64,000 nt of DNA from Antedon mediterranea (lineage: Eukaryota; Animalia; Echinodermata): assembly GCF_964355755.1 (NCBI RefSeq), contig NC_092677.1, positions 21,253,175 through 21,317,174 on the forward strand, given 5' to 3'. A program made the position numbers and the translations under genes. The notes under the pieces are model-generated. The model saw only the letters and a list, made by a program, of their open reading frames with translations. It had not been told where the DNA came from and ran no database searches. Positions 12,400-27,029 of the stretch are shown one piece after another; the first letter of the stretch is position 1, and every line of letters begins with the position of its first letter.

Positions 12400-15300
12400 T
12401 TTCGATGAAACTTGGTTACACAAAAACATCAAAGAGCACAAAAGTATTTAAAAACGTTTTAGAACATTTTGAGCATTCCGTCAAAACTTTTTCACACAAA
12501 ACATCAAAGTGTACAGAATAGCTTTAAATCGCATTTGGAGACGTTTTAGACCATTTTGTAGTTTTCGAAAAAACTTGTTAACATAAAAACACAAAAGAGC
12601 TTCAAATCGCATTTGGAGACGTTTTAGACCCTTTTGTGCATTTCGATGAAACTTGGTTACACAAAAACATCAAAGTGCTTAAAATCACATTAGAAACCGT
12701 TTGAGACCATTTTGAGCATTTCGTTAAAACTTTTCACACAAAAACATCAAAGTCCACAAAATAGCTTAATATCGTATTTAAAAACGTTTTAGACCATTTT
12801 GAGCATTTCGAAAAAACTTTTTCACACAAAACATCAAAGTTTACAAAATAGCTTCAAATCGCATTTGGAGACGTTTTAGACCATTTTGTGATTTTCGAAA
12901 AAACTTGTTAACATAAAAACACCAAAGTGCTCAGAAAAGCTTCAAATCGCATTTGGAGACGTTTTAAACCATTTTGTTCATTTCGATGAAACTTGGTTAC
13001 ACAAAAACATCAAAGAGCACAAAAGTATTTAAAAACGTTTTAGACCATTTTGAGCATTCCGACAAAACTTTTCACACAAAACATCAAAGTGTACAGAATA
13101 GCTTTAAATCGCATTTGGAGACGTTTTAACCCATTTTGAGCATTTCGATAAAATTTTACACACAAAAACATCAAAGTGCACAAAATAGCTTAATATGGTA
13201 TTTAAAAACGTTTTAGACCATTTTGAGCATTTCAACAAAACTTTTTCTCACAAAACATCAAAGTGTACAGAATAGCTTCAAATCGCATTTGGGGACGTTT
13301 TAGACCATTTTGTGCATTTCGATGAAACTTGGTTACACAAAAACATCAAAGTGCTTAAAATCACATTTTGAGCATTTCGTTAAAACTTTTCACACAAAAA
13401 CATCAAAGTCCACAAAATAGCTTAATATCGTATTTAAAAACGTTTTAGACCATTTTGAGCATTTTGAAAAAACATTTCCACACAAAACATCAAAGTTTAC
13501 AAAATAGCTTCAAATCGCATTTGGAGACGTTTTAGACCATTTTGTGATTTTCGTAAAAACTTGTTAACATAAAAACACCAAAGTGCTTAGAAAAGCTTCA
13601 AATCGCATTTGGAGACGTTTTAGACCATTTTGTGCATTTCGATGAAACTTGGTTACACAAAAACATCAAAGTGCTTAAAATCACATTTTGAACATTTCGT
13701 TAAAAGTTTTCACACAAAAACATCAAAGAGTAAAAAATAGCTTAATATCGTATTTAAAAACGTTTTAGACCACTTTGAGCATTTCGAAAAAACTTTTCCA
13801 CACAAAACATCAAAGTTTACAAAATAGCTTCAAATCGCATTTGGAGACGTTTTAGACCATTTTGTGATTTTCGAAAAAACTTGTTAACATAAAAACACCA
13901 AAGTGCTCAGAATACCTTCAAATCGCATTTGGAGACGTTTTAGACCATTTTGTGATTTTCGAAAAAACTTGTTAACATAAAAACACCAAAGTGCTCAGAA
14001 AAGCTTCAAATCGCATTTGGAGACGTTTTAAACCATTTTGTTCATTTCGATGAAACTTGGTTACACAAAAACATCAAAGAGCACAAAAGTATTTAAAAAC
14101 GTTTTAGACCATTTTGAGCATTCCGACAAAACTTTTTCACACAAAACATCAAAGTGTACAGAATAGCTTTAAATCGCATTTGGAGACGTTTTAGACCATT
14201 TTGTAGTTTTCGAAAAAACTTGTTAACATAAAAACACAAAAGAGCTTCAAATCGCATTTGGAGACGTTTTAGACCCTTTTGTGCATTTCGATGAAACTTG
14301 GTTACACAAAAACATCAAAGTGCTTAAAATCACATTAGAAACCGTTTTAGACCATTTTGAGCATTTCGTTAAAACTTTTCACACAAAAACATCAAAGTCC
14401 ACAAAATAGCTTAATATCGTATTTAAAAACGTTTTAGACAATTTTGAGCATTTCGAAAAAACTTTTTCACACAAAACATCAAAGTTTACAAAATAGCTTC
14501 AAATCGCATTTGGAGACGTTTTAGACCATTTTGTGATTTTCGAAAAAACTTGTTAACATAAAAACACCAAAGTGTTCAGAATACCTTCAAATCGCATTTT
14601 GAGACGTTTTAGACCATTTTGTGATTTTCGAAAAAACAACATAAAAACACCAAAGTGCTCAGAATACCTTCAAATCGCATTTGGAGACGTTTTAGACCAT
14701 TTTGTGATTTTCGAAAAAACTTGTTAACATAAAAACACCAAAGAGCTCAGAATACCTTCATTCGTATTTTGAGACGTTTTAGACAATTTTGTGATTTTCG
14801 AAAAAACTTGTTAACATAAAAACACCAAAGTGCTTAGAAAAGCTTCAAATCGCATTTGGAGACGTTTTAGACCATTTTGTGCATTTCGATGAAACTTGGT
14901 TACACAAAAACATCAAATTGCACAAAATGGCTTAATATGGTATGGGAAAACGTTTTAGACCATTTTGAACATTTCGAGAAAACTTTTTCACACAAAACTT
15001 CAAAGTGTACAGAATAGCTTCAAATCGCATTAGAAACCGTTTTAGACCATTTTGAGCATTTCGAAAAAACTTGTTAACATAAAAACACCAAAGTGCTCAG
15101 AATACCTTCAAATCGCATTTTGAGACGTTTTAGACCATTTTGTGATTTTCGAAAAAACTTGTTAACATAAAAATACCAAAGTGCTCAGAATACCTTCAAA
15201 TCGCATTTGGAGACGTTTTAGACCATTTTGTAGTTTTCGAAAAAACTTGTTAACATAAAAACACAAAAGAGCTTCAAATCGCATTTGGAGACGTTTTAGA

Positions 15301-18300
15301 CCCTTTTGTGCATTTCGATGAAACTTGGTTACACAAAAACATCAAAGTGCTTAAAATCACATTAGAAACCGTTTTAGACCATTTTGAGCATTTCGTTAAA
15401 ACTTTTCACACAAAAACATCAAAGTCCACAAAATAGCTTAATATCGTATTCAAAAACGTTTTAGACCATTTTGAGCATTTCGAAAAAACTTTTTCACACA
15501 AAACATCAAAGTTTACAAAATAGCTTCAAATCGCATTTGGAGACGTTTTAGACCATTTTGTGATTTTCGAAAAAACTTGTTAACATAAAAACACCAAAGT
15601 GCTCAGAATACCTTCAAATCGCATTTTGAGACGTTTTAGACCCTTTTGTGATTTTCGAAAAAACCACATAAAAACACCAAAGTGCTCAGAATACCTTCAA
15701 ATCGCATTTGGAGACGTTTTAGACCATTTTGTGATTTTGGAAAAAACTTGTTAACATAAAAACACCAAAGTGCTCAGAATACCTTCAAATCGTATTTTGA
15801 GACGTTTTAGACAATTTTGTGATTTTCGAAAAAACTTGTTAACATAAAAACACCAAAGTGCTTAGAAAAGCTTAAAATCGCATTTGGAGACGTTTTAGAC
15901 CATTTTGTGCATTTCGATGAAACCTTTGTTACACAAAAACATCAAAGTGTACAGAATAGCTTCAAATCGCATTAGAAACCGTTTTAGACCATTTTGAGCA
16001 TTTCGAAAAAACTTTTTCACACAAAACATCAAAGTGTACAAAATAGCTTCAAATCGCATTTGGAGACGTTTTAGACAATTTTGTGATTTTCGAAAAAACT
16101 TGTTTACATAAAAACACCAAAGTGCTCAGAATAGCTTCCAATCGCATTTGGAGACGTTTTAGACCCTTTTGTGCATTTCGATGAAACTTGGTTACACAAA
16201 AACATAAAAGTGCTTAAAATCACAGTAGAAACCGTTTTAGACCATTTTGAGAATTTCGTTAAAATTTTTCATAGAAAAACATCAAAGAGCAAAAAATAGC
16301 TTAATATCGTATTTAAAAACGTTTTAGACCATTTTGAGCATTTCGACAAAACTTTTTCACACAAAACATCAAAGTGTACAGATAAGCTTCAAATCGCATT
16401 TGGAGACGTTTTAAACCATTTTGAGCATTTCGATAAAATTTTACACACAAAAACATCAAAGTGCACAAAATAGCTTAATATGGTATTTAAAAACGTTTTA
16501 GACCATTTTGAGCATTTCAACAAAACTTTTTCTCACAAAACATCAAAGTGTACAGAATAGCTTCAAATCGCATTTGGAGACGTTTTAGACCATTTTGTGC
16601 ATTTCGATGAAACTTGGTTACACAAAAACATCAAAGTGCTTAAAATCACATTTTGAGCATTTCGTTAAAACTTTTCACACAAAAACATCAAAGTCCACAA
16701 AATAGCTTAATATCGTATTTAAAAACGTTTTAAACCATTTTGAGCATTTCGAAAAAACTTTTTCACACAAAACATCAAAGTTTACAAAATAGCTTCAAAT
16801 CGCATTTGGAGACGTTTTAAACCATTTTGAGCATTTCGATAAAATTTTACACACAAAAACATCAAAGTGCACAAAATAGCTTAATATGGTATTTAAAAAC
16901 GTTTTAGACCATTTTGAGCATTTCAACAAAACTTTTTCTCACAAAACATCAAAGTGTACAGAATAGCTTCAAATCGCATTTGGAGACGTTTTAGACAATT
17001 TTGTGCATTTCGATGAAACTTGGTTACACAAAAACATCAAAGTGCTTAAAATCACATTTTGAGCATTTCGTTAAAACTTTTCACACAAAAACATCAAAGT
17101 CCACAAAATAGCTTAATATCGTATTTAAAAACGTTTTAAACCATTTTGAGCATTTCGAAAAAACTTTTTCACACAAAACATCAAAGTTTACAAAATAGCT
17201 TCAAATCGCATTTGGAGACGTTTTAGACCATTTTGTGATTTTCGAAAAAACTTGTTAACATAAAAACACCAAAGTGCTCAGAATACCTTCAAATCGCATT
17301 TGGAGACGTTTTAGACCATTTTGTGATTTTCGAAAAAACTTGTTAACATAAAAACACCAAAGTGCTTAGAAAAGCTTCAAATCGCATTTGGAGACGTTTT
17401 AGACCATTTTGTGCATTTCGATGAAACTTGGTTACACAAAAACATCAAAGTGCTTAAAATCACATTTTGAGCATTTCGTTAAAACTTTTCACACAAAAAC
17501 ATCAAAGAGTAAAAAATAGCTTAATATCGTATTTAAAAACGTTTTAGACCATTTTGAGCATTTCGACAAAATTTTTTCACACAAAACATCAAAGTGTACA
17601 GAATAGCTTTAAATCGCATTTGGAGACGTTTTAGACCATTTTGTTCATTTCGATGAAACAAAAACACAAAAACATCAAATTGCACAAAATGGCTTAATAT
17701 GATATGGGAAAACGTTTTAGACCATTTTGAACATATCGTTAAAAGTTTTCACACAAAAACATCAAAGTCCACAAAATAGCTTAATATCGTATTTAAAAAC
17801 GTTTTAGACCATTTTGAGCATTTCGAAAAATTTTTTCACACAAAACATCAAAGTTTACAAAATAGCTTCAAATCGCATTTGGAGACGTTTTAGACCATTT
17901 TGTGATTTTCGAAAAAACTTGTTAACATAAAAACACCAAAGTACTCAGAATACCTTCAAATGGCATTTGGAGACGTTTTAGACCATTTTGTGATTTTCGA
18001 AAAAACAACATAAAAACACCAAAGTGCTCAGAATACCTTCAAATCGCATTTGGAGACGTTTTAGACCATTTTGTGATTTTCGAAAAAACTTGTTAACATA
18101 AAAACACCAAAGTGCTCAGAATACCTTCAAATCGTATTTTGAGACGTTTTAGACAATTTTGTGATTTTCGAAAAAACTTGTTAACATAAAAACACCAAAG
18201 TGCTTAGAAAAGCTTCAAATCGCATTTGGAGACGTTTTAGACCATTTTGTGCATTTCGATGAAACTTGGTTACACAAAAACATCAAAGAGCACAAAAGTA

Positions 18301-20475
18301 TTTAAAAACGTTTTAGACCATTTTGAGCATTCCGTCAAAACTTTTTCACACAAAACATCAAAGTGTACAGAATAGCTTTAAATCGCATTTGGAGACGTTT
18401 TAGACCATTTTGTAGTTTTCGAAAAAACTTGTTAACATAAAAACACAAAAGAGCTTCAAATCGCATTTGGAGACGTTTTAGACCCTTTTGTGCATTTCGA
18501 TGAAACTTGGTTACACAAAAACATCAAAGTGCTTAAAATCACATTAGAAACTGTTTTAGACCATTTTGAGCATTTCGTTAAAACTTTTCACACAAAAACA
18601 TCAAAGTCCACAAAATAGCTTAATATCGTATTTAAAAACGTTTTAGACCATTTTGAGCATTTCGAAAAAACTTTTTCACACAAAACATCAAAGTTTACAA
18701 AATAGCTTCAAATCGCATTTGGAGACGTTTTAGACCATTTTGTGATTTTCGAAAAAACTTGTTAACATAAAAACACCAAAGTGCTCAGAAAAGCTTCAAA
18801 TCGCATTTGGAGACGTTTTAAACCATTTTGTTCATTTCGATGAAACTTGGTTACACAAAAACATCAAAGAGCACAAAAGTATTTAAAAACGTTTTAGACC
18901 ATTTTGAGCATTCCGACAAAACTTTTCACAAAAAACATCAAAGTGTACAGAATAGCTTTAAATCGCATTTGGAGACGTTTTAACCCATTTTGAGCATTTC
19001 GATAAAATTTTACACACAAAAACATCAAAGTGCACAAAATAGCTTAATATGGTATTTAAAAACGTTTTAGACCATTTTGAGCATTTCAACAAAACTTTTT
19101 CTCACAAAACATCAAAGTGTACAGAATAGCTTCAAATCGCATTTGGGGACGTTTTAGACCATTTTGTGCATTTCGATGAAACTTGGTTACACAAAAACAT
19201 CAAAGTGCTTAAAATCACATTTTGAGCATTTCGTTAAAACTTTTCACACAAAAACATCAAAGTCCACAAAATAGCTTAATATCGTATTTAAAAACGTTTT
19301 AGACCATTTTGAGCATTTCGAAAAAACTTTTCCACACAAAACATCAAAGTTTACAAAATAGCTTCAAATCGCATTTGGAGACGTTTTAGACCATTTTGTG
19401 ATTTTCGTAAAAACTTGTTAACATAAAAACACCAAAGTGCTTAGAAAAGCTTCAAATCGCATTTGGAGACGTTTTAGACCATTTTGTGCATTTCGATGAA
19501 ACTTGGTTACACAAAAACATCAAAGTGCTTAAAATCACATTTTGAACATTTCGTTAAAAGTTTTCACACAAAAACATCAAAGAGTAAAAAATAGCTTAAT
19601 ATCGTATTTAAAAACGTTTTAGACCACTTTGAGCATTTCGAAAAAACTTTTCCACACAAAACATCAAAGTTTACAAAATAGCTTCAAATCGCATTTGGAG
19701 ACGTTTTAGACCATTTTGTGATTTTCGAAAAAACTTGTTAACATAAAAACACCAAAGTGCTCAGAATACCTTCAAATCGCATTTGGAGACGTTTTAGACC
19801 ATTTTGTGATTTTCGAAAAAACTTGTTAACATAAAAACACCAAAGTGCTCAGAAAAGCTTCAAATCGCATTTGGAGACGTTTTAAACCATTTTGTTCATT
19901 TCGATGAAACTTGGTTACACAAAAACATCAAAGAGCACAAAAGTATTTAAAAACGTTTTAGACCATTTTGAGCATTCCGACAAAACTTTTTCACACAAAA
20001 CATCAAAGTGTACAGAATAGCTTTAAATCGCATTTGGAGACGTTTTAGACCATTTTGTAGTTTTCGAAAAAACTTGTTAACATAAAAACACAAAAGAGCT
20101 TCAAATCGCATTTGGAGACGTTTTAGACCCTTTTGTGCATTTCGATGAAACTTGGTTACACAAAAACATCAAAGTGCTTAAAATCACATTAGAAACCGTT
20201 TTAGACCATTTTGAGCATTTCGTTAAAACTTTTCACACAAAAACATCAAAGTCCACAAAATAGCTTAATATCGTATTTAAAAACGTTTTAGACAATTTTG
20301 AGCATTTCGAAAAAACTTTTTCACACAAAACATCAAAGTTTACAAAATAGCTTCAAATCGCATTTGGAGACGTTTTAGACCATTTTGTGATTTTCGAAAA
20401 AACTTGTTAACATAAAAACACCAAAGTGCTCAGAATACCTTCAAATCGCATTTTGAGACGTTTTAGACCATTTTG
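12400..20475 (+). repeat. Dispersed ~2.2 kb duplication: ~12400..14620 and ~18255..20475 (offset 5854)
   Basis: Private markers ttccgTcaaa (12480/18334), tttggGgac (13291/19145) and gaccaCtttg (13771/19625) all give offset 5854. Confidence 0.88.
16385..17224 (+). repeat. Tandem duplication of a 406-bp five-monomer unit
   Basis: agcttcaaat at 16385/16791 and the uncommon aaaaacgttttaAacc at 16726/17132, both offset 406. Confidence 0.8.
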
Positions 20476-22500
20476 TTCATTTCGATGAAACAAAAACACA
20501 AAAACATCAAATTGCACAAAATGGCTTAATATGATATGGGAAAACGTTTTAGACCATTTTGAACATTTCGTTAAAAGTTTTCACACAAAAACATCAAAGT
20601 CCACAAAATAGCTTAATATCGTATTTAAAAACGTTTTAGACCATTTTGAGCATTTCGAAAAAACTTTTCCACACAAAACATCAAAGTTTACAAAATAGCT
20701 TCAAATCGCATTTTGAGACGTTTTAGACCATTTTGTGATTTTCAAAAAAACTTGTTAACATAAAAATACCAAAGTGCTCAGAATACCTTCAAATCGCATT
20801 TGGAGACGTTTTAGACCATTTTGTGATTTTCGAAAAAAATTGTTAACATAAAAACACCAAAGTGCTCAGAAAAGCTTCAAATCGCATTTGGAGACGTTTT
20901 AAACCATTTTGTTCATTTCGATGAAACTTGGTTACACAAAAACATCAAAGAGCACAAAAGTATTTAAAAACGTTTTAGACCATTTTGAGCATTCCGACAA
21001 AACTTTTTCACACAAAACATCAAAGTGTACAGAATAGCTTTAAATCGCATTTGGAGACGTTTTAGACCATTTTGTAGTTTTCGAAAAAACTTGTTAACAT
21101 AAAAACACAAAAGAGCTTCAAATCGAATTTGGAGACGTTTTAGACCCTTTTGTGCATTTCGATGAAACTTGGTTACACAAAAACATCAAAGTGCTTAAAA
21201 TCACATTAGAAACCGTTTTAGACCATTTTGAGCATTTCGTTAAAACTTTTCACACAAAAACATCAAAGTCCACAAAATAGCTTAATATCGTATTCAAAAA
21301 CGTTTTAGACCATTTTGAGCATTTCGAAAAAACTTTTTCACACAAAACATCAAAGTTTACAAAATAGCTTCAAATCGCATTTGGAGACGTTTTAGACCAT
21401 TTTGTGATTTTCGAAAAAAACTTGTTAACATAAAAACACCAAAGTGCTCAGAATACCTTCAAATCGCATTTTGAGACGTTTTAGACCATTTTGTGATTTT
21501 CGAAAAAACAACATAAAAACACCAAAGTGCTCAGAATACCTTCAAATCGCATTTGGAGACGTTTTAGACCATTTTGTGATTTTCGAAAAAACTTGTTAAC
21601 ATAAAAACACCAAAGTGCTTAGAAAAGCTTCAAATCGCATTTGGAGACGTTTTAGACCCTTTTGTGCATTTCGATGAAACTTGGTTACACAAAAACATCA
21701 AAGTGCTTAAAATCACAGTAGAAACCGTTTTAGACCATTTTGAGCATTTCGTTAAAATTTTTCACAGAAAAACATCAAAGAGCAAAAAATAGCTTAATAT
21801 CGTATTTAAAAACGTTTTAGACCATTTTGAGCATTTCGGCAAAACTTTTTCACACAAAACATCAAAGTGTACAGATAAGCTTCAAATCGCATTTGGAGAC
21901 GTTTTAAACCATTTTGAGCATTTCGATAAAATTTTACACACAAAAACATCAAAGTGCACAAAATAGCTTAATATGGTATTTAAAAACGTTTTAGACCATT
22001 TTGAGCATTTCAACAAAACTTTTTCTCACAAAACATCAAAGTGTACAGAATAGCTTCAAATCGCATTTGGAGACGTTTTAGACCATTTTGTGCATTTCGA
22101 TGAAACTTGGTTACACAAAAACATCAAAGTGCTTAAAATCACATTTTGAGCATTTCGTTAAAACTTTTCACACAAAAACATCAAAGTCCACAAAATAGCT
22201 TAATATCTTATTTAAAAACGTTTTAGACCATTTTGAGCATTTCGAAAAAACTTTTTCACACAAAACATCAAAGTTTACAAAATAGCTTCAAATCGCATTT
22301 GGAGACGTTTTAGACCATTTTGTGATTTTCGAAAAAACTTGTTAACATAAAAACACCAAAGTGCTTAGAAAAGCTTCAAATCGCATTTGGAGATGTTTTA
22401 GACCATTTTGTGCATTTCGATGAAACTTGGTTACACAAAAACATCAAAGTGCTTAAAATCACATTTTGAGCATTTCGTTAAAACTTTTCACACAAAAACA

Positions 22501-22996
22501 TCAAAGTCCACAAAATAGCTTAATATCGTATTTAAAAACGTTTTAGACCATTTTTAGCATTTCGAAAAAACTTTTCCACACAAAACATCAAAGTTTACAA
22601 AATAGCTTCAAATCGCATTTGGAGACGTTTTAGACCATTTTGTGATTTTCGAAAAAACTTGTTAACATAAAAACACCAAAGTGCTCAGAATACCTTCAAA
22701 TCGTGTTTTGAGACGTTTTAGACCATTTTGTAATTTTCGAAAAAACTTGTTAACATAAAAACACCAAAGTGCTCAGAATACCTTCACATCGCATTTTGAG
22801 ACGTTTTAGACCATTTTGTGATTTTCGAAAAAACTTGTTAACATAAAAACACCAAAGTGCTTAGAAAAGCTTGAAATCGCATTTGGAGACGTTTTAGACC
22901 ATTTTGTGCATTTCGATGAAACTTGGTTACACAAAAACATCAAAGTGCTTAAAATCACATTTTGAGCATTTCGTTAAAACTTTTCACACAAAAACA
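22501..22996 (+). repeat. Representative higher-order repeat unit D-E-A-A-B-C' (496 bp)
   Basis: D (tcaaagtccac, 87 bp) at 22501; E (tcaaagtttac, 88) at 22588; A (ccaaagtgctcagaatacc, 88) at 22676 and 22764; B (ccaaagtgcttagaaaagc...gatgaaacttgg, 88) at 22852; C' (tcaaagtgcttaaaatcacattttgagc, 57) at 22940. The same order recurs across the window with 0-5 A monomers. Confidence 0.9.
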
Positions 22997-25900
22997 TCAA
23001 AGAGTAATAAATAGCCTAATATCGTATTTAAAAACGTTTTAGACCATTTTGAGCATTTCGACAAAATTTTTTCAAACAAAACATCAAAGTGTACAGAATA
23101 GCTTTAAATCGCATTTGGAGACGTTTTAGACCATTTTGTTCATTTCGATGAAACAAAAACACAAAAACATCAAATTGCACAAAATGGCTTAATATGATAT
23201 GGGAAAACGTTTTAGACCATTTTGAACATTTCGTTAAAAGTTTTCACACAAAAACATCAAAGTCCACAAAATAGCTTAATATCGTATTTAAAAACGTTTT
23301 AAACCATTTTGAGCATTTCGAAAAAACTTTTTCACACAAAACATCAAAGTTTACAAAATAGCTTCAAATCGCATTTGGAGACGTTTTAGACCATTTTGTG
23401 ATTTTCGAAAAAACTTGTTAACATAAAAACACCAAAGTGCTCAGAATACCTTCAAATCGCATTTGGAGACGTTTTAGACCATTTTGTGATTTTCGAAAAA
23501 ACTTGTTAACATAAAAACACCAAAGTGCTTAGAAAAGCTTCAAATCGCATTTGGAGACGTTTTAGACCATTTTGTGCATTTCGATGAAACTTGGTTACAC
23601 AAAAACATCAAAGTGCTTAAAATCACATTTTGAGCATTTCGTTAAAACTTTTCACACAAAAACATCAAAGTCCACAAAATAGCTTAATATCGTATTTAAA
23701 AACGTTTTAGACCATTTTGAGCATTTCGAAAAAACTTTTCCACACAAAACATCAAAGTTTACAAAATAGCTTCAAATCGCATTTGGAGACGTTTTAGACC
23801 ATTTTGTGATTTTCGAAAAAACTTGTTAACATAAAAACACCAAAGTGCTCAGAATACCTTCAAATCGTGTTTTGAGACGTTTTAGACCATTTTGTAATTT
23901 TCGAAAAAACTTGTTAACATAAAAACACCAAAGTGCTCAGAATACCTTCACATCGCATTTTGAGACGTTTTAGACCATTTTGTGATTTTCGAAAAAACTT
24001 GTTAACATAAAAACACCAAAGTGCTTAGAATACCTTCACATCGCATTTTGAGACGTTTTAGACCATTTTGTGATTTTCGAAAAAACTTGTTAACATAAAA
24101 ACACCAAAGTGCTTAGAAAAGCTTGAAATCGCATTTGGAGACGTTTTAGACCATTTTGTGCATTTCGATGAAACTTGGTTACACAAAAACATCAAAGTGC
24201 TTAAAATCACATTAGAAACCGTTTTAGACCATTTTGAGCATTTCGTTAAAACTTTTCACACAAAAACATCAAAGTCCACAAAATAGCTTAATATCGTATT
24301 TAAAAACGTTTTAGACCATTTTGAGCATTTCGAAAAAACTTTTCCATACAAAACATCAAAGTTTACAAAATAGCTTCAAATCGCATTTGGAGACGTTTTA
24401 GACCATTTTGTGATTTTCGAAAAAACTTGTTAACATAAAAACACCAAAGTGCTCAGAATACCTTCAAATCGTATTTTGAGACGTTTTAGACAATTTTGTG
24501 ATTTTCGAAAAAACTTGTTAACATAAAAACACCAAAGTGCTTAGAAAAGCTTCAAATCGCATTTGGAGACGTTTTAGACCATTTTGTGCATTTCGATGAA
24601 ACTTGGTTACACAAAAACATCAAAGTGCTTAAAATCACATTTTGAGCATTTCGTTAAAACTTTTCACACAAAAACATCAAAGAGCAAAAAATAGCTTAAT
24701 ATCGTATTTAAAAACGTTTTAGACCATTTTGAGCATTTCGACAAAACTTTTTCACACAAAACATCAAAGTGTACAAAATAGCTTCAAATCGCATTTGGAG
24801 ACGTTTTAACCCATTTTGAGCATTTCGATAAAATTTTACACACAAAAACATCAAAGTCCACAAAATAGCTTAATATCGTATTTAAAAACGTTTTAGACCA
24901 TTTTGAGCATTTCGAAAAAACTTTTCCACACAAAACATCAAAGTTTACAAAATAGCTTCAAATCGCATTTGGAGACGTTTTAGACCATTTTGTGATTTTC
25001 GAAAAAACTTGTTAACATAAAAACACCAAAGTGCTCAGAATACCTTCAAATCGCATTTGAAGACGTTTTAGACCCTTTTGTGCATTTCGATGAAACTTGG
25101 TTACACAAAAACATCAAAGTGCTTAAAATCACATTAGAAACCGTTTTAGACCATTTTGAGCATTTCGTTAAAATTTTTCACACAAAAACATCAAAGAGCA
25201 AAAAATAGCTTAATATCGTATTTAAAAACGTTTTAGACCATTTTGAGCATTTCGACAAAACTTTTTCACACAAAACATCAAAGTGTACAGAATAGCTTCA
25301 AATCGCATTTGGAGACGTTTTAACCCATTTTGAGCATTTCGATAAAATTTTACACACAAAAACATCAAAGTGCACAAAATAGCTTAATATGGTATTTAAA
25401 AACGTTTTAGACCATTTTGAGCATTTCAACAAAACTTTTTCTCACAAAACATCAAAGTGTACAGAATAGCTTCAAATCGCATTTGGAGACGTTTTAGACC
25501 ATTTTGTGCATTTCGATGAAACTTGGTTACACAAAAACATCAAAGTGCTTAAAATCACATTTTGAGCATTTCGTTAAAACTTTTCACACAAAAACATCAA
25601 AGTCCACAAAATAGCTTAATATCGTATTTAAAAACGTTTTAGACCATTTTGAGCATTTCGAAAAAACTTTTCCACACAAAACATCAAAGTTTACAAAATA
25701 GCTTCAAATCGCATTTGGAGACGTTTTAGACCATTTTGTGATTTTCGAAAAAACTTGTTAACATAAAAACACCAAAGTGCTCAGAATACCTTCAAATCGT
25801 GTTTTGAGACGTTTTAGACCATTTTGTAATTTTCGAAAAAACTTGTTAACATAAAAACACCAAAGTGCTCAGAATACCTTCACATCGCATTTTGAGACGT

Positions 25901-27029
25901 TTTAGACCATTTTGTGATTTTCGAAAAAACTTGTTAACATAAAAACACCAAAGTGCTTAGAAAAGCTTGAAATCGCATTTGGAGACGTTTTAGACCATTT
26001 TGTGCATTTCGATGAAACTTGGTTAAAGTGCTTAAAATCACATTTTGAGCATTTCGTTAAAACTTTTCACACAAAAACATCAAAGAGTAAAAAATAGCTT
26101 AATATCGTATTTAAAAACGTTTTAGGCCATTTTGAGCATTTCGACAAAATTTTTTCACACAAAACATCAAAGTGTACAGAATAGCTTTAAATCGCATTTG
26201 GAGACGTTTTAGACCATTTTGTTCATTTCGATGAAACAAAAACACAAAAACATCAAATTGCACAAAATGGCTTAATATGATATGGGAAAACGTTTTAGAC
26301 CATTTTGAACATTTCGTTAAAAGTTTTCACAAAAAAACATCAAAGTCCACAAAATAGCTTAATATCGTATTTAAAAACGTTTTAGACCATTTTGAGCATT
26401 TTGAAAAAAATTTTTCACACAAAACATCAAAGTTTACAAAATAGCTTCAAATCGCATTTGGAGACGTTTTAGACCATTTTGTGATTTTCGAAAAAACTTG
26501 TTAACATAAAAACACCAAAGTGCTCAGAATACCTTCAAATCGCATTTTGAGACGTTTTAGACCATTTTGTGATTTTCGAAAAAACTTGTTAACATAAAAA
26601 CACCAGAGTGCTCAGAATACCTTCAAATCGTGTTTTGAGACGTTTTAGACCATTTTGTGATTTTGGAAAAACTTGTTAACATAAAAACACCAAAGTGCTC
26701 AGAATACCTTCAAATCACATTTGGAGACGTTTTAGACCATTTTGTGATTTTCGAAAAAACTTGTTAACATAAAAACACCAAAGTGCTCAGAAAAGCTTCA
26801 AATCGCAATTGGAGACGTTTTAAACCATTTTGTTCATTTCGATGAAACTTGGTTACACAAAAACATCAAATTGCACAAAATGGCTTAATATGGTATGGGA
26901 AAACGTTTTAGACCATTTTGAACATTTCAAGAAAACTTTTTCACACAAAACTTCAAAGTGTACAGAATAGCTTCAAATCGCATTAGAAACCGTTTTAGAC
27001 CATTTTGAGCATTTCGAAAAAACTTTTTC

